Source: Escherichia phage BYEP02. Taken from it: DNA of 64,000 bases. Numbering within the stretch: the first letter of the stretch is position 1; every line of letters starts with the position of its first letter. A program made the position numbers and the translations under genes. Shown here piece by piece: positions 51,196 through 62,635 of the stretch. The stretch lies in the sequence record OR757454.1; one strand, 5' to 3'. The notes under the pieces were generated by a model. It was given only the letters and a program-made list of their open reading frames with translations. It did not search any database and was not told where the DNA came from.

Positions 51196-52377
51196 ATGTC
51201 TATTGCAGATTTAAAATCCCGTTTGATTAAAGCTTCCACTTCTAAAATGACTGCTGAACTGACTACATCTAAATTCTTTAATGAAAAGGATGTAATTCGT
51301 ACAAAAATTCCAATGCTTAATATTGCTATTTCTGGTGCGATTGATGGTGGTATGCAGTCTGGTTTAACTATTTTCGCAGGGCCTTCTAAACACTTTAAAT
51401 CAAATATGTCTTTGACTATGGTTGCGGCGTATTTGAACAAATATCCTGACGCGGTTTGTCTATTCTATGATAGCGAATTTGGTATTACTCCAGCTTATTT
51501 GCGATCCATGGGAGTTGACCCGGAACGAGTAATTCATACGCCGATTCAGTCAGTTGAACAACTGAAAATTGATATGGTGAACCAGCTTGAAGCTATTGAG
51601 CGTGGTGAAAAGGTTATTGTATTCATCGACTCAATCGGTAATATGGCTTCTAAGAAAGAAACGGAAGATGCCTTGAATGAAAAATCTGTGGCAGATATGA
51701 CTCGTGCTAAATCACTGAAGTCATTATTCCGTATTGTTACTCCTTATTTTAGCATTAAAAATATTCCGTGCGTTGCGGTTAACCATACAATTGAAACAAT
51801 TGAAATGTTTAGTAAAACCGTGATGACAGGTGGTACAGGCGTAATGTATTCGGCTGATACTGTATTCATTATCGGTAAGCGTCAGATTAAAGATGGTTCT
51901 GATCTTCAGGGGTATCAATTTGTTCTAAATGTAGAAAAATCTCGTACCGTTAAAGAAAAAAGTAAATTCTTTATTGATGTTAAATTTGACGGTGGTATCG
52001 ATCCTTATTCTGGATTGTTAGATATGGCTCTAGAATTAGGATTCGTGGTAAAACCTAAAAATGGCTGGTATGCTCGTGAATTTCTTGATGAAGAAACCGG
52101 CGAGATGATTCGCGAAGAAAAATCTTGGCGTGCAAAAGATACCAACTGCACTACATTCTGGGGTCCTTTATTTAAGCATCAACCATTCCGAGATGCTATT
52201 AAACGCGCTTATCAGTTAGGTGCTATTGATAGTAATGAAATTGTTGAAGCTGAAGTTGATGAATTGATTAACTCAAAGGTTGAAAAATTTAAATCTCCAG
52301 AAAGTAAAAGTAAATCAGCAGCTGATTTAGAAACTGACCTAGATCAGTTAAGTGATATGGAAGAATTTAATGAATAA
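51196..52377 (+). CDS. uvsX: UvsX recombinase (RecA-like)
   Basis: Walker A GPSKHFKS; translation matches T4 UvsX along its length. Confidence 0.95.
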   Translation: MSIADLKSRLIKASTSKMTAELTTSKFFNEKDVIRTKIPMLNIAISGAIDGGMQSGLTIFAGPSKHFKSNMSLTMVAAYLNKYPDAVCLFYDSEFGITPAYLRSMGVDPERVIHTPIQSVEQLKIDMVNQLEAIERGEKVIVFIDSIGNMASKKETEDALNEKSVADMTRAKSLKSLFRIVTPYFSIKNIPCVAVNHTIETIEMFSKTVMTGGTGVMYSADTVFIIGKRQIKDGSDLQGYQFVLNVEKSRTVKEKSKFFIDVKFDGGIDPYSGLLDMALELGFVVKPKNGWYAREFLDEETGEMIREEKSWRAKDTNCTTFWGPLFKHQPFRDAIKRAYQLGAIDSNEIVEAEVDELINSKVEKFKSPESKSKSAADLETDLDQLSDMEEFNE

Positions 52378-52714
52378 AGATGATTTAGATTTAGATCTAG
52401 AAATTATCGACGAATCCCCCTCTTCGGAGGGGGAAGAAGAAAGAAAAGAACGTCTTTTTAATGAATCTCTTAAGATAATTAAATCTGCCATGGAAAATGT
52501 TATCCAGGAGATTGTCATTAAACTAGAAGATGGTTCTACACACATTGTGTATGTGACAAAATTAGATTGGGTTGATGGAAAAGTCGTAATGGACTTTGCT
52601 GTTCTTGACCAAGAAAGAAAAGCTGAGTTAGCTCCTCATGTAGAAAAATGTATTACAATGCAACTACAAGATGCATTTAACAAAAGGTCAAAGAAAAAAT
52701 TTAAATTCTTTTAA
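52370..52714 (+). CDS. 40: gp40 head-vertex assembly chaperone
   Basis: 114 aa acidic protein between uvsX and 41. Confidence 0.75.
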   Translation: MNKDDLDLDLEIIDESPSSEGEEERKERLFNESLKIIKSAMENVIQEIVIKLEDGSTHIVYVTKLDWVDGKVVMDFAVLDQERKAELAPHVEKCITMQLQDAFNKRSKKKFKFF

Positions 52715-52723
52715 GGAGTAAGT

Positions 52724-54228
52724 GTGGTAGAAATTATTCTTTCTCATCTCATATTTGATCAAGCTTATTTTTCAAAAGTTTGGCCATATATGGATTCAGA
52801 ATATTTTGAAAGTGGTCCAGCTAAAAATACATTCAAATTAATTAAATCTCATGTTAATGAGTACCATAGCGTTCCATCCATTAATGCGTTAAATGTTGCA
52901 TTAGAAAATAGTTCATTTACTGAAACAGAATATTCTGGTGTAAAAACACTTATTTCAAAACTAACCGATTCTCCGGAAGACCACAGCTGGTTAGTAAAAG
53001 AAACAGAAAAATATGTTCAGCAAAGGGCGATGTTTAATGCTACGTCTAAAATAATTGAAATTCAAACCAATGCTGAGCTTCCTCCAGAAAAACGAAATAA
53101 GAAAATGCCAGATGTAGGTGCTATTCCTGACATCATGCGCCAAGCATTGTCAATTTCATTTGATAGCTACGTCGGTCATGATTGGATGGATGACTACGAA
53201 GCACGTTGGCTATCTTATATGAATAAAGCTCGTAAGGTTCCATTTAAACTCAAAATTCTAAATAAAATTACTAAAGGCGGAGCTGAAACTGGAACACTGA
53301 ACGTTTTAATGGCTGGTGTTAACGTTGGTAAGTCATTAGGATTGTGTTCATTGGCAGCAGATTATTTGCAGCTCGGACACAATGTTCTTTACATTTCCAT
53401 GGAAATGGCAGAAGAAGTCTGTGCTAAGCGTATTGACGCTAATATGCTCGATGTTTCTCTTGATGACATTGATGATGGGCATATTTCTTACGCTGAATAT
53501 AAAGGAAAAATGGAAAAATGGCGTGAGAAATCTACTCTTGGACGTTTAATCGTTAAACAGTATCCTACTGGTGGAGCAGACGCTAATACATTTCGATCGC
53601 TTTTAAACGAATTAAAGCTCAAGAAGAATTTTGTTCCAACAATCATTATTGTTGACTATCTAGGTATTTGTAAATCTTGTCGCATCAGAGTTTATTCAGA
53701 AAATAGTTACACAACTGTTAAAGCTATCGCAGAGGAATTGCGTGCTCTGGCTGTTGAAACCGAAACTGTTCTTTGGACCGCAGCACAAGTTGGTAAGCAA
53801 GCTTGGGATTCTTCTGATGTTAACATGAGCGATATTGCAGAATCTGCCGGTCTTCCGCAGCACAGGTTGGTAAACAAGCTTGGGATTCTTCTGATGTTAA
53901 CATGAGCGATATTGCAGAATCTGCCGGTCTTCCAGCAACAGCCGATTTTATGCTTGCGGTCATTGAAACCGAGGAGTTAGCAGCTGCTGAACAACAACTC
54001 ATTAAGCAAATCAAATCACGATATGGTGATAAGAATAAATGGAATAAGTTTTTGATGGGTGTTCAAAAAGGAAATCAAAAATGGGTAGAAATTGAGCAAG
54101 ATTCTACTCCAACTGAAGTTAACGAAGTAGCAGGTTCACAGCAGATTCAGGCTGAGCAGAATCGCTATCAAAGAAACGAATCTACTCGAGCCCAGTTAGA
54201 TGCTTTGGCAAATGAATTAAAATTTTAG
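52724..54228 (+). CDS. 41: replicative helicase gp41 (DnaB-like), frameshifted by a 77-bp duplication
   Basis: Walker A GVNVGKS; 475 aa after removing 77 nt; GTG start. Confidence 0.9.
53780..53933. repeat. 77-bp tandem duplication (53780-53856 / 53857-53933), 2 mismatches, inside gene 41
   Basis: Read directly. Confidence 0.9.
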
Positions 54229-54257
54229 TTTACAAGCTGACAGGACTATGGTATAGT
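54228..54257 (+). promoter_or_regulatory. T4 early-type promoter (GTTTAC, 18 nt, TATAGT)
   Basis: Consensus motifs upstream of dmd. Confidence 0.5.
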
Positions 54258-54286
54258 AGTCTTGTTGGTTAAATGAGGAGATTGTT

Positions 54287-54546
54287 ATGGAATTGGTAAA
54301 GGTAGTTTTTATGGGGTGGTTTAAGAATGAAAGCATGTTTACTAAAGAAATCACAATGATGAAAGAGAATTGGTAAAGGTAGTTTTTATGGGGTGGTTTA
54401 AGAATGAAAGCATGTTTACTAAAGAAATCACAATGATGAAAGATGACGTTCAATGGGCTACTACTCAGTATGCTGAAGTTAATAAAGCATTAGTTAAAGC
54501 TTTCATTGATGACAAGAAAGTATGTGAAGTGGATTGCCGAGGATAA
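54287..54546 (+). CDS. dmd: Dmd (antitoxin against host RnlA/LsoA-type RNases), frameshifted by a 77-bp duplication
   Basis: 60 aa after removing 77 nt: MELVKVVFMGWFKNESMFTKEITMMKDDVQW... Confidence 0.85.
54290..54443. repeat. 77-bp tandem duplication (54290-54366 / 54367-54443), identical, inside dmd
   Basis: Read directly. Confidence 0.9.
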
Positions 54547-54547
54547 T

Positions 54548-54805
54548 ATGCATATTGTTTTATTTAAACCTACTCCGTATAACGTCAGGAAAAATACACA
54601 ATTCAAAGCACTTATTGCAGATACGTGGGAATTGGTATTAGATATTCCAGCAGAAGAAAGTCCTCCATTTGGTCGAGTGGAATTTATTAAGTTTGCTGTT
54701 CGCCCTACGAAGCGGCAGATTCGCCAATGCAAAAGATACTTTCGTAAAATCGTCAAGCTAGAGAAACAGTTTGTAACATGTGATTATGCAAAAGTTTTAA
54801 AATAG
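54548..54805 (+). CDS. hypothetical basic protein (85 aa)
   Basis: ATG right after dmd stop. Confidence 0.5.
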   Translation: MHIVLFKPTPYNVRKNTQFKALIADTWELVLDIPAEESPPFGRVEFIKFAVRPTKRQIRQCKRYFRKIVKLEKQFVTCDYAKVLK

Positions 54806-54807
54806 CT

Positions 54808-54837
54808 GTTTACTTTTGTTGGAAATTGAGATACTAT
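54808..54837 (+). promoter_or_regulatory. T4 early-type promoter (GTTTAC, 18 nt, TACTAT)
   Basis: Upstream of sp. Confidence 0.55.
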
Positions 54838-54863
54838 AAACATAAACTACTGAGGAGATTATC

Positions 54864-55157
54864 ATGAAAAAATTTATCTTTGCTACAATTTTTGCTTTAG
54901 CTTCTTGTGCTGCTCAGCCTGCTATGGCAGGTTATGATAAAGATTTGTGCGAATGGTCTATGACTGCTGATCAGACTGAAGTTGAAACCCAAATTGAAGC
55001 AGATATTATGAATATCGTTGAGCGCGATCGTCCTGAAATGAAAGCTGAAGTGCAAAAACAGCTTAAGTCTGGTGGTGTAATGCAGTATAATTATGTTCTG
55101 TATTGCGATAAAAACTTTAATAATAAAAATATCATCGCTGAAGTGGTAGGTGAATAA
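54864..55157 (+). CDS. sp: Spackle (periplasmic lysozyme inhibitor, superinfection exclusion)
   Basis: 97 aa with signal peptide MKKFIFATIFALASCAAQPAMA; matches T4 Sp as recalled. Confidence 0.85.
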   Translation: MKKFIFATIFALASCAAQPAMAGYDKDLCEWSMTADQTEVETQIEADIMNIVERDRPEMKAEVQKQLKSGGVMQYNYVLYCDKNFNNKNIIAEVVGE

Positions 55158-55783
55158 TGCTCTATCAAATGCACAAGTGCAAAGATACATACAAATATAA
55201 AGGTGCCCAGTGTTATATCATTAATCGTGAAAACGCGGGTCCAGGTCATTCGCATCAATCACGGTTTGTATTCGTTAAAAATAATGAAATTATAGCAGTT
55301 GCTAATTACATGCTTGTGACTAATGATGTTAATCCGGTGCCTTTTACATATTATAATCTAATGGATTTGGCGTACGATTATAATTGGTTTAATCATGACA
55401 CTTTGGCTCATATCGAAGGCGTAGGATTTGACATCTCTTATTCTAGTTACTCGTTGTGTCCTATGAGCCGAGCTCATAAAGAGCCTGAATATTTTTCATT
55501 TCGTCGGCGTGTAGACTTTAAACGCAGTACAGAGTATGTCGGTGGAATCTTTGTTAAAGATAATCGAATTACTCGCATTATTTATCCTTTGGGCTTTGGT
55601 CAAAAAGATATTGATGTCGATTTAGACTTCACTGAAAATATCATTAATCATATTGCTTCTGTGTATTTTGATATTGATCATAAAATTGTAATATGTGGAT
55701 ATGAATTGCCATCTGAAAAACAGTCTAAAGTAAATGTTTCTATTGATGACCAAATTTTTAATGCTTTTATGAATAGAGATTAA
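55157..55783 (+). CDS. hypothetical protein (208 aa); C-terminus shared with next gene
   Basis: Ends SIDDQIFNAFMNRD. Confidence 0.55.
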   Translation: MLYQMHKCKDTYKYKGAQCYIINRENAGPGHSHQSRFVFVKNNEIIAVANYMLVTNDVNPVPFTYYNLMDLAYDYNWFNHDTLAHIEGVGFDISYSSYSLCPMSRAHKEPEYFSFRRRVDFKRSTEYVGGIFVKDNRITRIIYPLGFGQKDIDVDLDFTENIINHIASVYFDIDHKIVICGYELPSEKQSKVNVSIDDQIFNAFMNRD

Positions 55784-56147
55784 TATGTATAGTTCTGAAT
55801 TTTCATATTTAAAAATGGAAAAAATTTCATACGATTTCATAGATGAAAAGGTTTATTACAGTTTCCATGAACCACGTTTTAATAGTGAAGTTGGGTTTAT
55901 TGTAGTAAAAGACAATTTCATTTTAAAGATATATTCGGCATTAAAGGATTTTCACTACGAAAATATTAACCTAAAATTTGATAAAGAAAACGTTCGTAAT
56001 TGTGCAGTAACAATTACAGGAAATAAAGGCACATGTGTTATGATATCTGATGAAATTAATGATTTGCTAAATGATGCCGAAAAGGTTGCTATTCCATCTA
56101 TTGATGACCAAATTTTTAATGCTTTTATGAATAGAGGTTAATATGAA
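55739..56147. repeat. dispersed direct repeat, two ~49-bp copies (55739-55789 and 56097-56147) at the 3' ends of adjacent genes
   Basis: tctattgatgaccaaatttttaatgcttttatgaatagag(a/g)ttaatatg. Confidence 0.85.
55785..56141 (+). CDS. hypothetical protein (118 aa); C-terminus shared with previous gene
   Basis: Ends SIDDQIFNAFMNRG. Confidence 0.5.
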   Translation: MYSSEFSYLKMEKISYDFIDEKVYYSFHEPRFNSEVGFIVVKDNFILKIYSALKDFHYENINLKFDKENVRNCAVTITGNKGTCVMISDEINDLLNDAEKVAIPSIDDQIFNAFMNRG

Positions 56148-56307
56148 AACATATAAAGAATTTATTAAAGAAGATATGGTTGCTGGAGATTCAGGTGGTA
56201 ATCCTGAAAATATCTCTACTGGAACAACGTCAGGTGCTGTAGTAAATAAAGGTCCTGAACAGATTCCTAAAAAGAAAAAAGAGGAATCTAAAGAAAAAGA
56301 AGAGTAA
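56143..56307 (+). CDS. small protein (54 aa) with capsid-targeting-like N-terminus MKTYKEFIKE
   Basis: ATG 2 nt after upstream stop; Lys/Glu-rich tail; not in supplied ORF track. Confidence 0.4.
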   Translation: MKTYKEFIKEDMVAGDSGGNPENISTGTTSGAVVNKGPEQIPKKKKEESKEKEE

Positions 56308-56428
56308 AAATGTCATCAATACCTTGGATTGATAATGAGTTTGCATACCGTAAAAAAGAGGAATCTAAAGAAAAAGAAGAGTAAAAATGTCATCAATACC
56401 TTGGATTGATAATGAGTTTGCATACCGT
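56275..56428. repeat. 77-bp tandem duplication (56275-56351 / 56352-56428), identical; duplicates the gene 61 RBS and start
   Basis: Read directly. Confidence 0.9.
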
Positions 56429-57415
56429 GCATTAGCTCATTTACCTAAATTCACACAAGTAAATAATAGTTCAACTTTTAAATTACGGTTTAGATGTCCT
56501 GTTTGCGGAGATTCAAAAACCGACCAAAATAAAGCCCGTGGATGGTATTATGGTGATAATAATGAAGGAAATATTCATTGTTATAACTGTAACTATCATG
56601 CACCAATCGGAATATATTTAAAGGAGTTTGAACCTGATTTATATCGTGAGTATATCTTTGAAATAAGAAAAGAAAAAGGTAAAAGTCGTCCAGTAGAAAA
56701 ACCTAAAGAACTTCCTAAACAACCTGAGAAGAAAATAATTAAATCTCTTCCGTCATGTGTTAGATTAGATAAACTGGCGGAAGACCATCCAATTATAAAA
56801 TATGTAAAAGCTCGTTGTATTCCAAAGGATAAATGGAAATATCTTTGGTTTACAACCGAATGGCCTAAATTGGTTAATAGCATAGCACCGGGAACATATA
56901 AAAAGGAAATTTCTGAGCCTCGTCTTGTTATTCCAATTTATAATGCTAATGGAAAAGCTGAGTCGTTTCAAGGACGTGCATTAAAGAAAGATGCTCCTCA
57001 AAAATATATCACCATCAAAGCTTATCCTGAAGCAACAAAAATCTATGGAGTCGAACGAGTTAAAGATGGTGATGTATATGTTCTAGAAGGACCTATAGAT
57101 TCACTTTTTATTGAAAATGGTATAGCTATTACGGGTGGTCAATTAGACCTAGAAGTTGTTCCATTTAAAGATAGACGAGTGTGGGTTTTAGATAATGAAC
57201 CTCGTCACCCTGACACTATTAAACGAATGACTAAATTAGTTGATGCAGGAGAAAGGGTTATGTTTTGGGATAAATCTCCCTGGAAATCAAAAGATGTTAA
57301 TGATATGATTAGAAAGGAAGGTGCAACCCCTGAACAAATTATGGAATATATGAAAAATAATATTGCCCAGGGGTTGATGGCTAAAATGCGGCTATCTAAA
57401 TATGCCAAGATTTAA
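56387..57415 (+). CDS. 61: DNA primase gp61
   Basis: 342 aa; zinc ribbon CPVCGDS...CYNCNYH; matches T4 gp61. Confidence 0.95.
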   Translation: MSSIPWIDNEFAYRALAHLPKFTQVNNSSTFKLRFRCPVCGDSKTDQNKARGWYYGDNNEGNIHCYNCNYHAPIGIYLKEFEPDLYREYIFEIRKEKGKSRPVEKPKELPKQPEKKIIKSLPSCVRLDKLAEDHPIIKYVKARCIPKDKWKYLWFTTEWPKLVNSIAPGTYKKEISEPRLVIPIYNANGKAESFQGRALKKDAPQKYITIKAYPEATKIYGVERVKDGDVYVLEGPIDSLFIENGIAITGGQLDLEVVPFKDRRVWVLDNEPRHPDTIKRMTKLVDAGERVMFWDKSPWKSKDVNDMIRKEGATPEQIMEYMKNNIAQGLMAKMRLSKYAKI

Positions 57416-57612
57416 ATTAACCCAACTAAAGCAAATGCTAGATCTACGAATGTATCAAGAGTAACTACTGGAATATTAACACCATGCGCAATTGCAATTG
57501 GTGATAAAATAAAGTTCCAGAGTAAAATTCCTACCATAGCAGAAATAGTAAAAGCTATACGTTTTTTATTACCTTTTATGGCATTAACAAGTGCCATTAA
57601 TTTTTGTACCAT
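57412..57612 (-). CDS. small membrane protein (66 aa), the only minus-strand gene in the window
   Basis: Reverse-strand ATG with GGAGGA RBS 5 nt upstream; two hydrophobic segments; convergent with gene 61. Confidence 0.5.
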   Translation of the reverse strand: MVQKLMALVNAIKGNKKRIAFTISAMVGILLWNFILSPIAIAHGVNIPVVTLDTFVDLAFALVGLI

Positions 57613-57656
57613 ATGTCCTCCTTTAAATTAATATTTATCACAAATTTCATAAATTT

Positions 57657-57686
57657 GTTTACTTTCTCAGCTTGTTATGGTATTAT
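57657..57686 (+). promoter_or_regulatory. T4 early-type promoter (GTTTAC, 18 nt, TATTAT)
   Basis: Upstream of the 57712 ORF and dam. Confidence 0.55.
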
Positions 57687-57711
57687 AAAATAAATTGCTG
57701 AGGATGATATA

Positions 57712-59134
<1,423 letters not shown>

Positions 59135-59188
59135 ACATACTCAAATGATATAATTATTTAACTTATTAATGAATTGAAAGGAAAAATA

Positions 59189-59707
59189 ATGGCTCACTTT
59201 AATGAATGTGCTCATTTGATCGAAGGTGTTGATAAAGCAAATCGTGCATATGCTGAGTATATTATGCACAGTATTGACCCATTGCAGGTTATGCTTGACA
59301 TGCAGCGGCATTTACAGATTCGTTTGGCTAATGATAAGCCAGAAACAAATCGTCATCCTGATTCACTTGAAACTGCAGGAGAAGTTCTTGCTTGGTTGCG
59401 AAACCAAGACGATTATATCGCAGATGAAACTCGCGAGCTATATACTTCTCTTGGTGGTATGAGTAATGGTGAAAAAGAAGCTTCTGCTGTATGGAAACCT
59501 TGGAAGAAACGTTATTCTGAAATGCAATCCAAGAAAATTCAAGATTTATCTCCCGAAGATCAGCTTGAAATTAAATTTGAACTGATTGATCAATTTCACT
59601 TTTTCATGAATAAATTTATTGCTCTTGGAATGTCGGCTGAAGAAATCTTTAAACTTTATTATCTGAAAAATGCTGAAAACTTCGCTCGTCAAGACCGAGG
59701 TTATTGA
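59189..59707 (+). CDS. 56: dCTPase/dUTPase gp56 (MazG-like pyrophosphatase)
   Basis: ~172 aa; MAHFNECAHLIEGVDKA... and position between dam and soc as in T4. Confidence 0.8.
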   Translation: MAHFNECAHLIEGVDKANRAYAEYIMHSIDPLQVMLDMQRHLQIRLANDKPETNRHPDSLETAGEVLAWLRNQDDYIADETRELYTSLGGMSNGEKEASAVWKPWKKRYSEMQSKKIQDLSPEDQLEIKFELIDQFHFFMNKFIALGMSAEEIFKLYYLKNAENFARQDRGY

Positions 59708-59901
59708 TGGCTAGTTTAAATAAACGCCAGCTCAAGAAAGCCCATAAGAAACGTATTGACCAGCTATTTAAAGATTATAACAAAGAGCTCGTGTGTGAGC
59801 TCTTAACTAATCAACTTCGTATGGTTGAAATTATAGAAGGTCCTGACGAAATTTTTGTCAGTGAAGAAGCTTTAAAATTAATTATAGAGCATTCAAAATG
59901 A
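59704..59901 (+). CDS. hypothetical basic protein (65 aa)
   Basis: ATGA overlap. Confidence 0.45.
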   Translation: MMASLNKRQLKKAHKKRIDQLFKDYNKELVCELLTNQLRMVEIIEGPDEIFVSEEALKLIIEHSK

Positions 59902-60107
59902 AATTTGATTTTTATGCATGGCAAAAAGCCGGGAGACCGGCTAGTCGAGCATTTGGTTCTGATGGATATAATATTAGAGCCCATTGGAAATTTAATGCTC
60001 CAGAAGATTATTCTCCGGTAATTATTAACGGCGATGTTGTTATATTAACTAAAATTGGGTATTTTAACGTTCCGCGAGAATTTATTATAAATAATCATGT
60101 AATTTAA
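59898..60107 (+). CDS. hypothetical protein (69 aa)
   Basis: ATGA overlap. Confidence 0.45.
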   Translation: MKFDFYAWQKAGRPASRAFGSDGYNIRAHWKFNAPEDYSPVIINGDVVILTKIGYFNVPREFIINNHVI

Positions 60108-60123
60108 ATAAAAGGAGAATTAC

Positions 60124-60369
60124 ATGGCTAGTACTCGCGGTTATGTTAATATCAAAACATTTGAGCAGAAATTAGATGGAAATAAGAAAATTGAAGGAAA
60201 GGAAATTTCTGTAGCTTTCCCTCTTTATTCTGACGTTCACAAAATTTCTGGTGCTCATTATCAGACATTCCCTTCAGAAAAAGCAGCATATTCTACAGTA
60301 TATGAAGAAAATCAACGTACTGAATGGATTGCTGCAAATGAAGATTTGTGGAAAGTAACTGGTGAATAA
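60124..60369 (+). CDS. soc: small outer capsid protein Soc
   Basis: 81 aa; translation MASTRGYVNIKTFEQKLDGNKKIEGKEISVAFPLY... matches T4 Soc. Confidence 0.9.
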   Translation: MASTRGYVNIKTFEQKLDGNKKIEGKEISVAFPLYSDVHKISGAHYQTFPSEKAAYSTVYEENQRTEWIAANEDLWKVTGE

Positions 60370-60375
60370 ATTCAA

Positions 60376-60399
60376 GGACTCCTTCGGGAGTCCTTTTTT
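60376..60399 (+). terminator. intrinsic terminator, UUCG tetraloop with T-tract
   Basis: ggactccttcgggagtcc followed by tttttt. Confidence 0.7.
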
Positions 60400-60409
60400 C
60401 ATTTAAATG

Positions 60410-60439
60410 GTTTACTTTCCAAAATGAGTATGGTATAAT
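60410..60439 (+). promoter_or_regulatory. T4 early-type promoter (GTTTAC, 18 nt, TATAAT)
   Basis: Consensus motifs. Confidence 0.55.
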
Positions 60440-60465
60440 AGAATTATCTTATAGAGGAGAGCACT

Positions 60466-60672
60466 ATGTTAAATCGCTGGATTAAACCAAATGAAGATTT
60501 AGATATTATCATTTCACGACATGTAATGAAGAAATATGAACTACAGCCATGGTCTACAGAAGTTGTTGTGCATTCATTTATGATGTACGCAGATGGTTCT
60601 GTCGAATTTAATGCAGAGATTCGATATGATTATGGCGAAAAGCAAGTCGAATTCAAGAGAGGCTTTTTGTAA
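60466..60672 (+). CDS. hypothetical protein (68 aa)
   Basis: ATG with GAGGAGAG RBS. Confidence 0.45.
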   Translation: MLNRWIKPNEDLDIIISRHVMKKYELQPWSTEVVVHSFMMYADGSVEFNAEIRYDYGEKQVEFKRGFL

Positions 60673-61004
60673 TGTTTATCTTTAATTGGTTTAAAAGTTT
60701 CTTTACGGATTTTTTCTCTACAACTCCCGGAGAAGGTGTAGTTCCTATTTCAAATGACTACCTCTCTTTAACTGTAGTTGAATATGTTTATATGGGAGAT
60801 GGAACAGTAGAAGCAGTTACTATGACTTATGAAGAAGCCCAAGAATATTATAAAAATCCTTGGCGCTGGTCAGTACCTACTACATCATCTAATACACAGT
60901 CTAGTTCTGATTCATATGATACAAATGTCCCTGTTCATGTATGGGCAGGTGATTCATGCGGAAGTTCTTGTGATTCTAGTTGTTCATCTACATCTTGCGA
61001 TTGA
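60672..61004 (+). CDS. hypothetical protein with Cys/Ser-rich C-terminal tail
   Basis: Ends [18 protein letters not shown]. Confidence 0.5.
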   Translation: MFIFNWFKSFFTDFFSTTPGEGVVPISNDYLSLTVVEYVYMGDGTVEAVTMTYEEAQEYYKNPWRWSVPTTSSNTQSSSDSYDTNVPVHVWAGDSCGSSCDSSCSSTSCD

Positions 61005-61013
61005 GGAAAATTA

Positions 61014-61498
61014 TGGAAGCGATTTTGTTTGAAATGTATATTAGCAGTAATAGCATGTCGTTTGCTAAAGATGTTCCAATTACTGTAGCCGTAGTGATTG
61101 ATAAGGGTTATTGTAACCCTATGTATCTCGTAGAAAATTTCGTTTCAATGCCAGTTCCAGAAGATGTTGAAATAAAACTTAAAAAGATCGGAATTATTGA
61201 AACTGTGCCAAATAGTCCGTTTAGAGCAATTGAAGCATTTACTAAATCCGAATACATTAATGTTAGCGCAGAACAATATAATGGTAATCCTTTATCTTTT
61301 TATTCGTACGATTCAGTATATGACTGGAAAATAAATGAAGGAAATAAATTTATAATTGCGAGTGAAGATGCTTTATCATACTTTATTTATTATGTATGGA
61401 ATAATTTAAAACCAAATTTGCTAAAAATTCATGAATTTGACGATGCTCCTACTATTGTTTTAGGTAAAATAAATGAAAGTTCTGAAGAAGATTCTTGA
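61014..61498 (+). CDS. hypothetical protein (161 aa)
   Basis: ATG with GAGGAAAA RBS. Confidence 0.5.
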
Positions 61499-61676
61499 AT
61501 GGCTCAATAGACCAAACTCAATGTATATTGATGATGGCTGGGTTGAACAAGCAAATAAAGAAATGCAGAACGAATCAGAAGAGTGGATGAAATCTATGAT
61601 TAAAGCTGAGCAAGAAAAGAAATTAGAGCGCTCAGCTCTTAAATTAATGAGAGATATTTACGGTGATAAATCATGA
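61473..61676 (+). CDS. hypothetical protein (67 aa)
   Basis: ORF overlapping upstream 3' end. Confidence 0.45.
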   Translation: MKVLKKILEWLNRPNSMYIDDGWVEQANKEMQNESEEWMKSMIKAEQEKKLERSALKLMRDIYGDKS

Positions 61677-61837
61677 GCAAAGATATGACGTTAGAAGAGG
61701 CCAAAGCAAAAGCAAATGAAGCAATGGATTTGCTTCTTAAAATTGGTAGTAAAATGATGGAAGAAAATGAGAAATACATTCAGGAAAACAAAATTCCTGA
61801 CGGTCCATTAGTAGGCAAAAGGAAATCACATGATTGA
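61673..61837 (+). CDS. hypothetical protein (54 aa)
   Basis: ATGA overlap; not in supplied ORF track. Confidence 0.4.
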   Translation: MSKDMTLEEAKAKANEAMDLLLKIGSKMMEENEKYIQENKIPDGPLVGKRKSHD

Positions 61838-62377
61838 AGTAGCAAAATTATATTCAATAGAATTTATGTCTAAAGAAGGTAAATCAGTAAATACACTTGA
61901 TAAAAAGTGCTCATTAATTATTCCTATTATTCAATAGAATTTATGTCCAAAGAAGGTAAATCAGTAAATACACTTGATAAAAATTGCTCGTTAATTATTC
62001 CTTTAGCAGAAAATCCGGATATTTTAATTAAAGATATAAAAGAAAGAAAATATCCAGAAAATGTTATTCTAATTATAAAGCATACTGAAGATATTTTGCA
62101 GAATACTGATTCACCATTTTCTTCTTCTGAAGCTTTAACTATTAAAGGCTATAAAAGAGCTCATGAATATGGTCTTTTTGACCTGTTTGAAGACGATAAA
62201 GTTAAATTAGCGAGTCAACCTTTTAAAAGTAAAACATTCATTATTGAAGATATTAAAGATATAAATGCATTTGTTAGGATGGTCTGGGCTCATTTTGATG
62301 TTGGACTACGCTGGAGAATGTCCGAAGAAGAAAGAAAGATTGCTGAAGCTAATCGTCATTTTGGTTTTTATCGCTAG
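61830..62377 (+). CDS. hypothetical protein, frameshifted by a 77-bp duplication
   Basis: 156 aa after removing 77 nt. Confidence 0.5.
61849..62002. repeat. 77-bp tandem duplication (about 61849-61925 / 61926-62002), 3-4 mismatches
   Basis: Read directly. Confidence 0.85.
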
Positions 62378-62385
62378 GAATTAAT

Positions 62386-62568
62386 ATGGATTTATTTGAG
62401 ATGTTAGAAGATAATCATTCTACGAATATCCAGAATGATTCCAGTGATTATAAGAAAGAGTACCGTATAGTATTACAGAATTATGGAATTGAAGCCCCAG
62501 ATGCTCTTCTAGAAGAACTAGCTTCATACCATCTTGACCCTCCGCCCTGGGCTCCCTGGGCAAAATAA
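62386..62568 (+). CDS. hypothetical acidic protein (60 aa)
   Basis: ATG after upstream stop. Confidence 0.45.
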   Translation: MDLFEMLEDNHSTNIQNDSSDYKKEYRIVLQNYGIEAPDALLEELASYHLDPPPWAPWAK

Positions 62569-62579
62569 TTCAAAAAGTT

Positions 62580-62609
62580 GTTTACTTTCCTTTCTAACGA
62601 TGATATGAT
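62580..62609 (+). promoter_or_regulatory. T4 early-type promoter (GTTTAC, 18 nt, TATGAT)
   Basis: Upstream of modB. Confidence 0.5.
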
Positions 62610-62635
62610 AGCTTCTGAAGTATATGGAGGCTATC

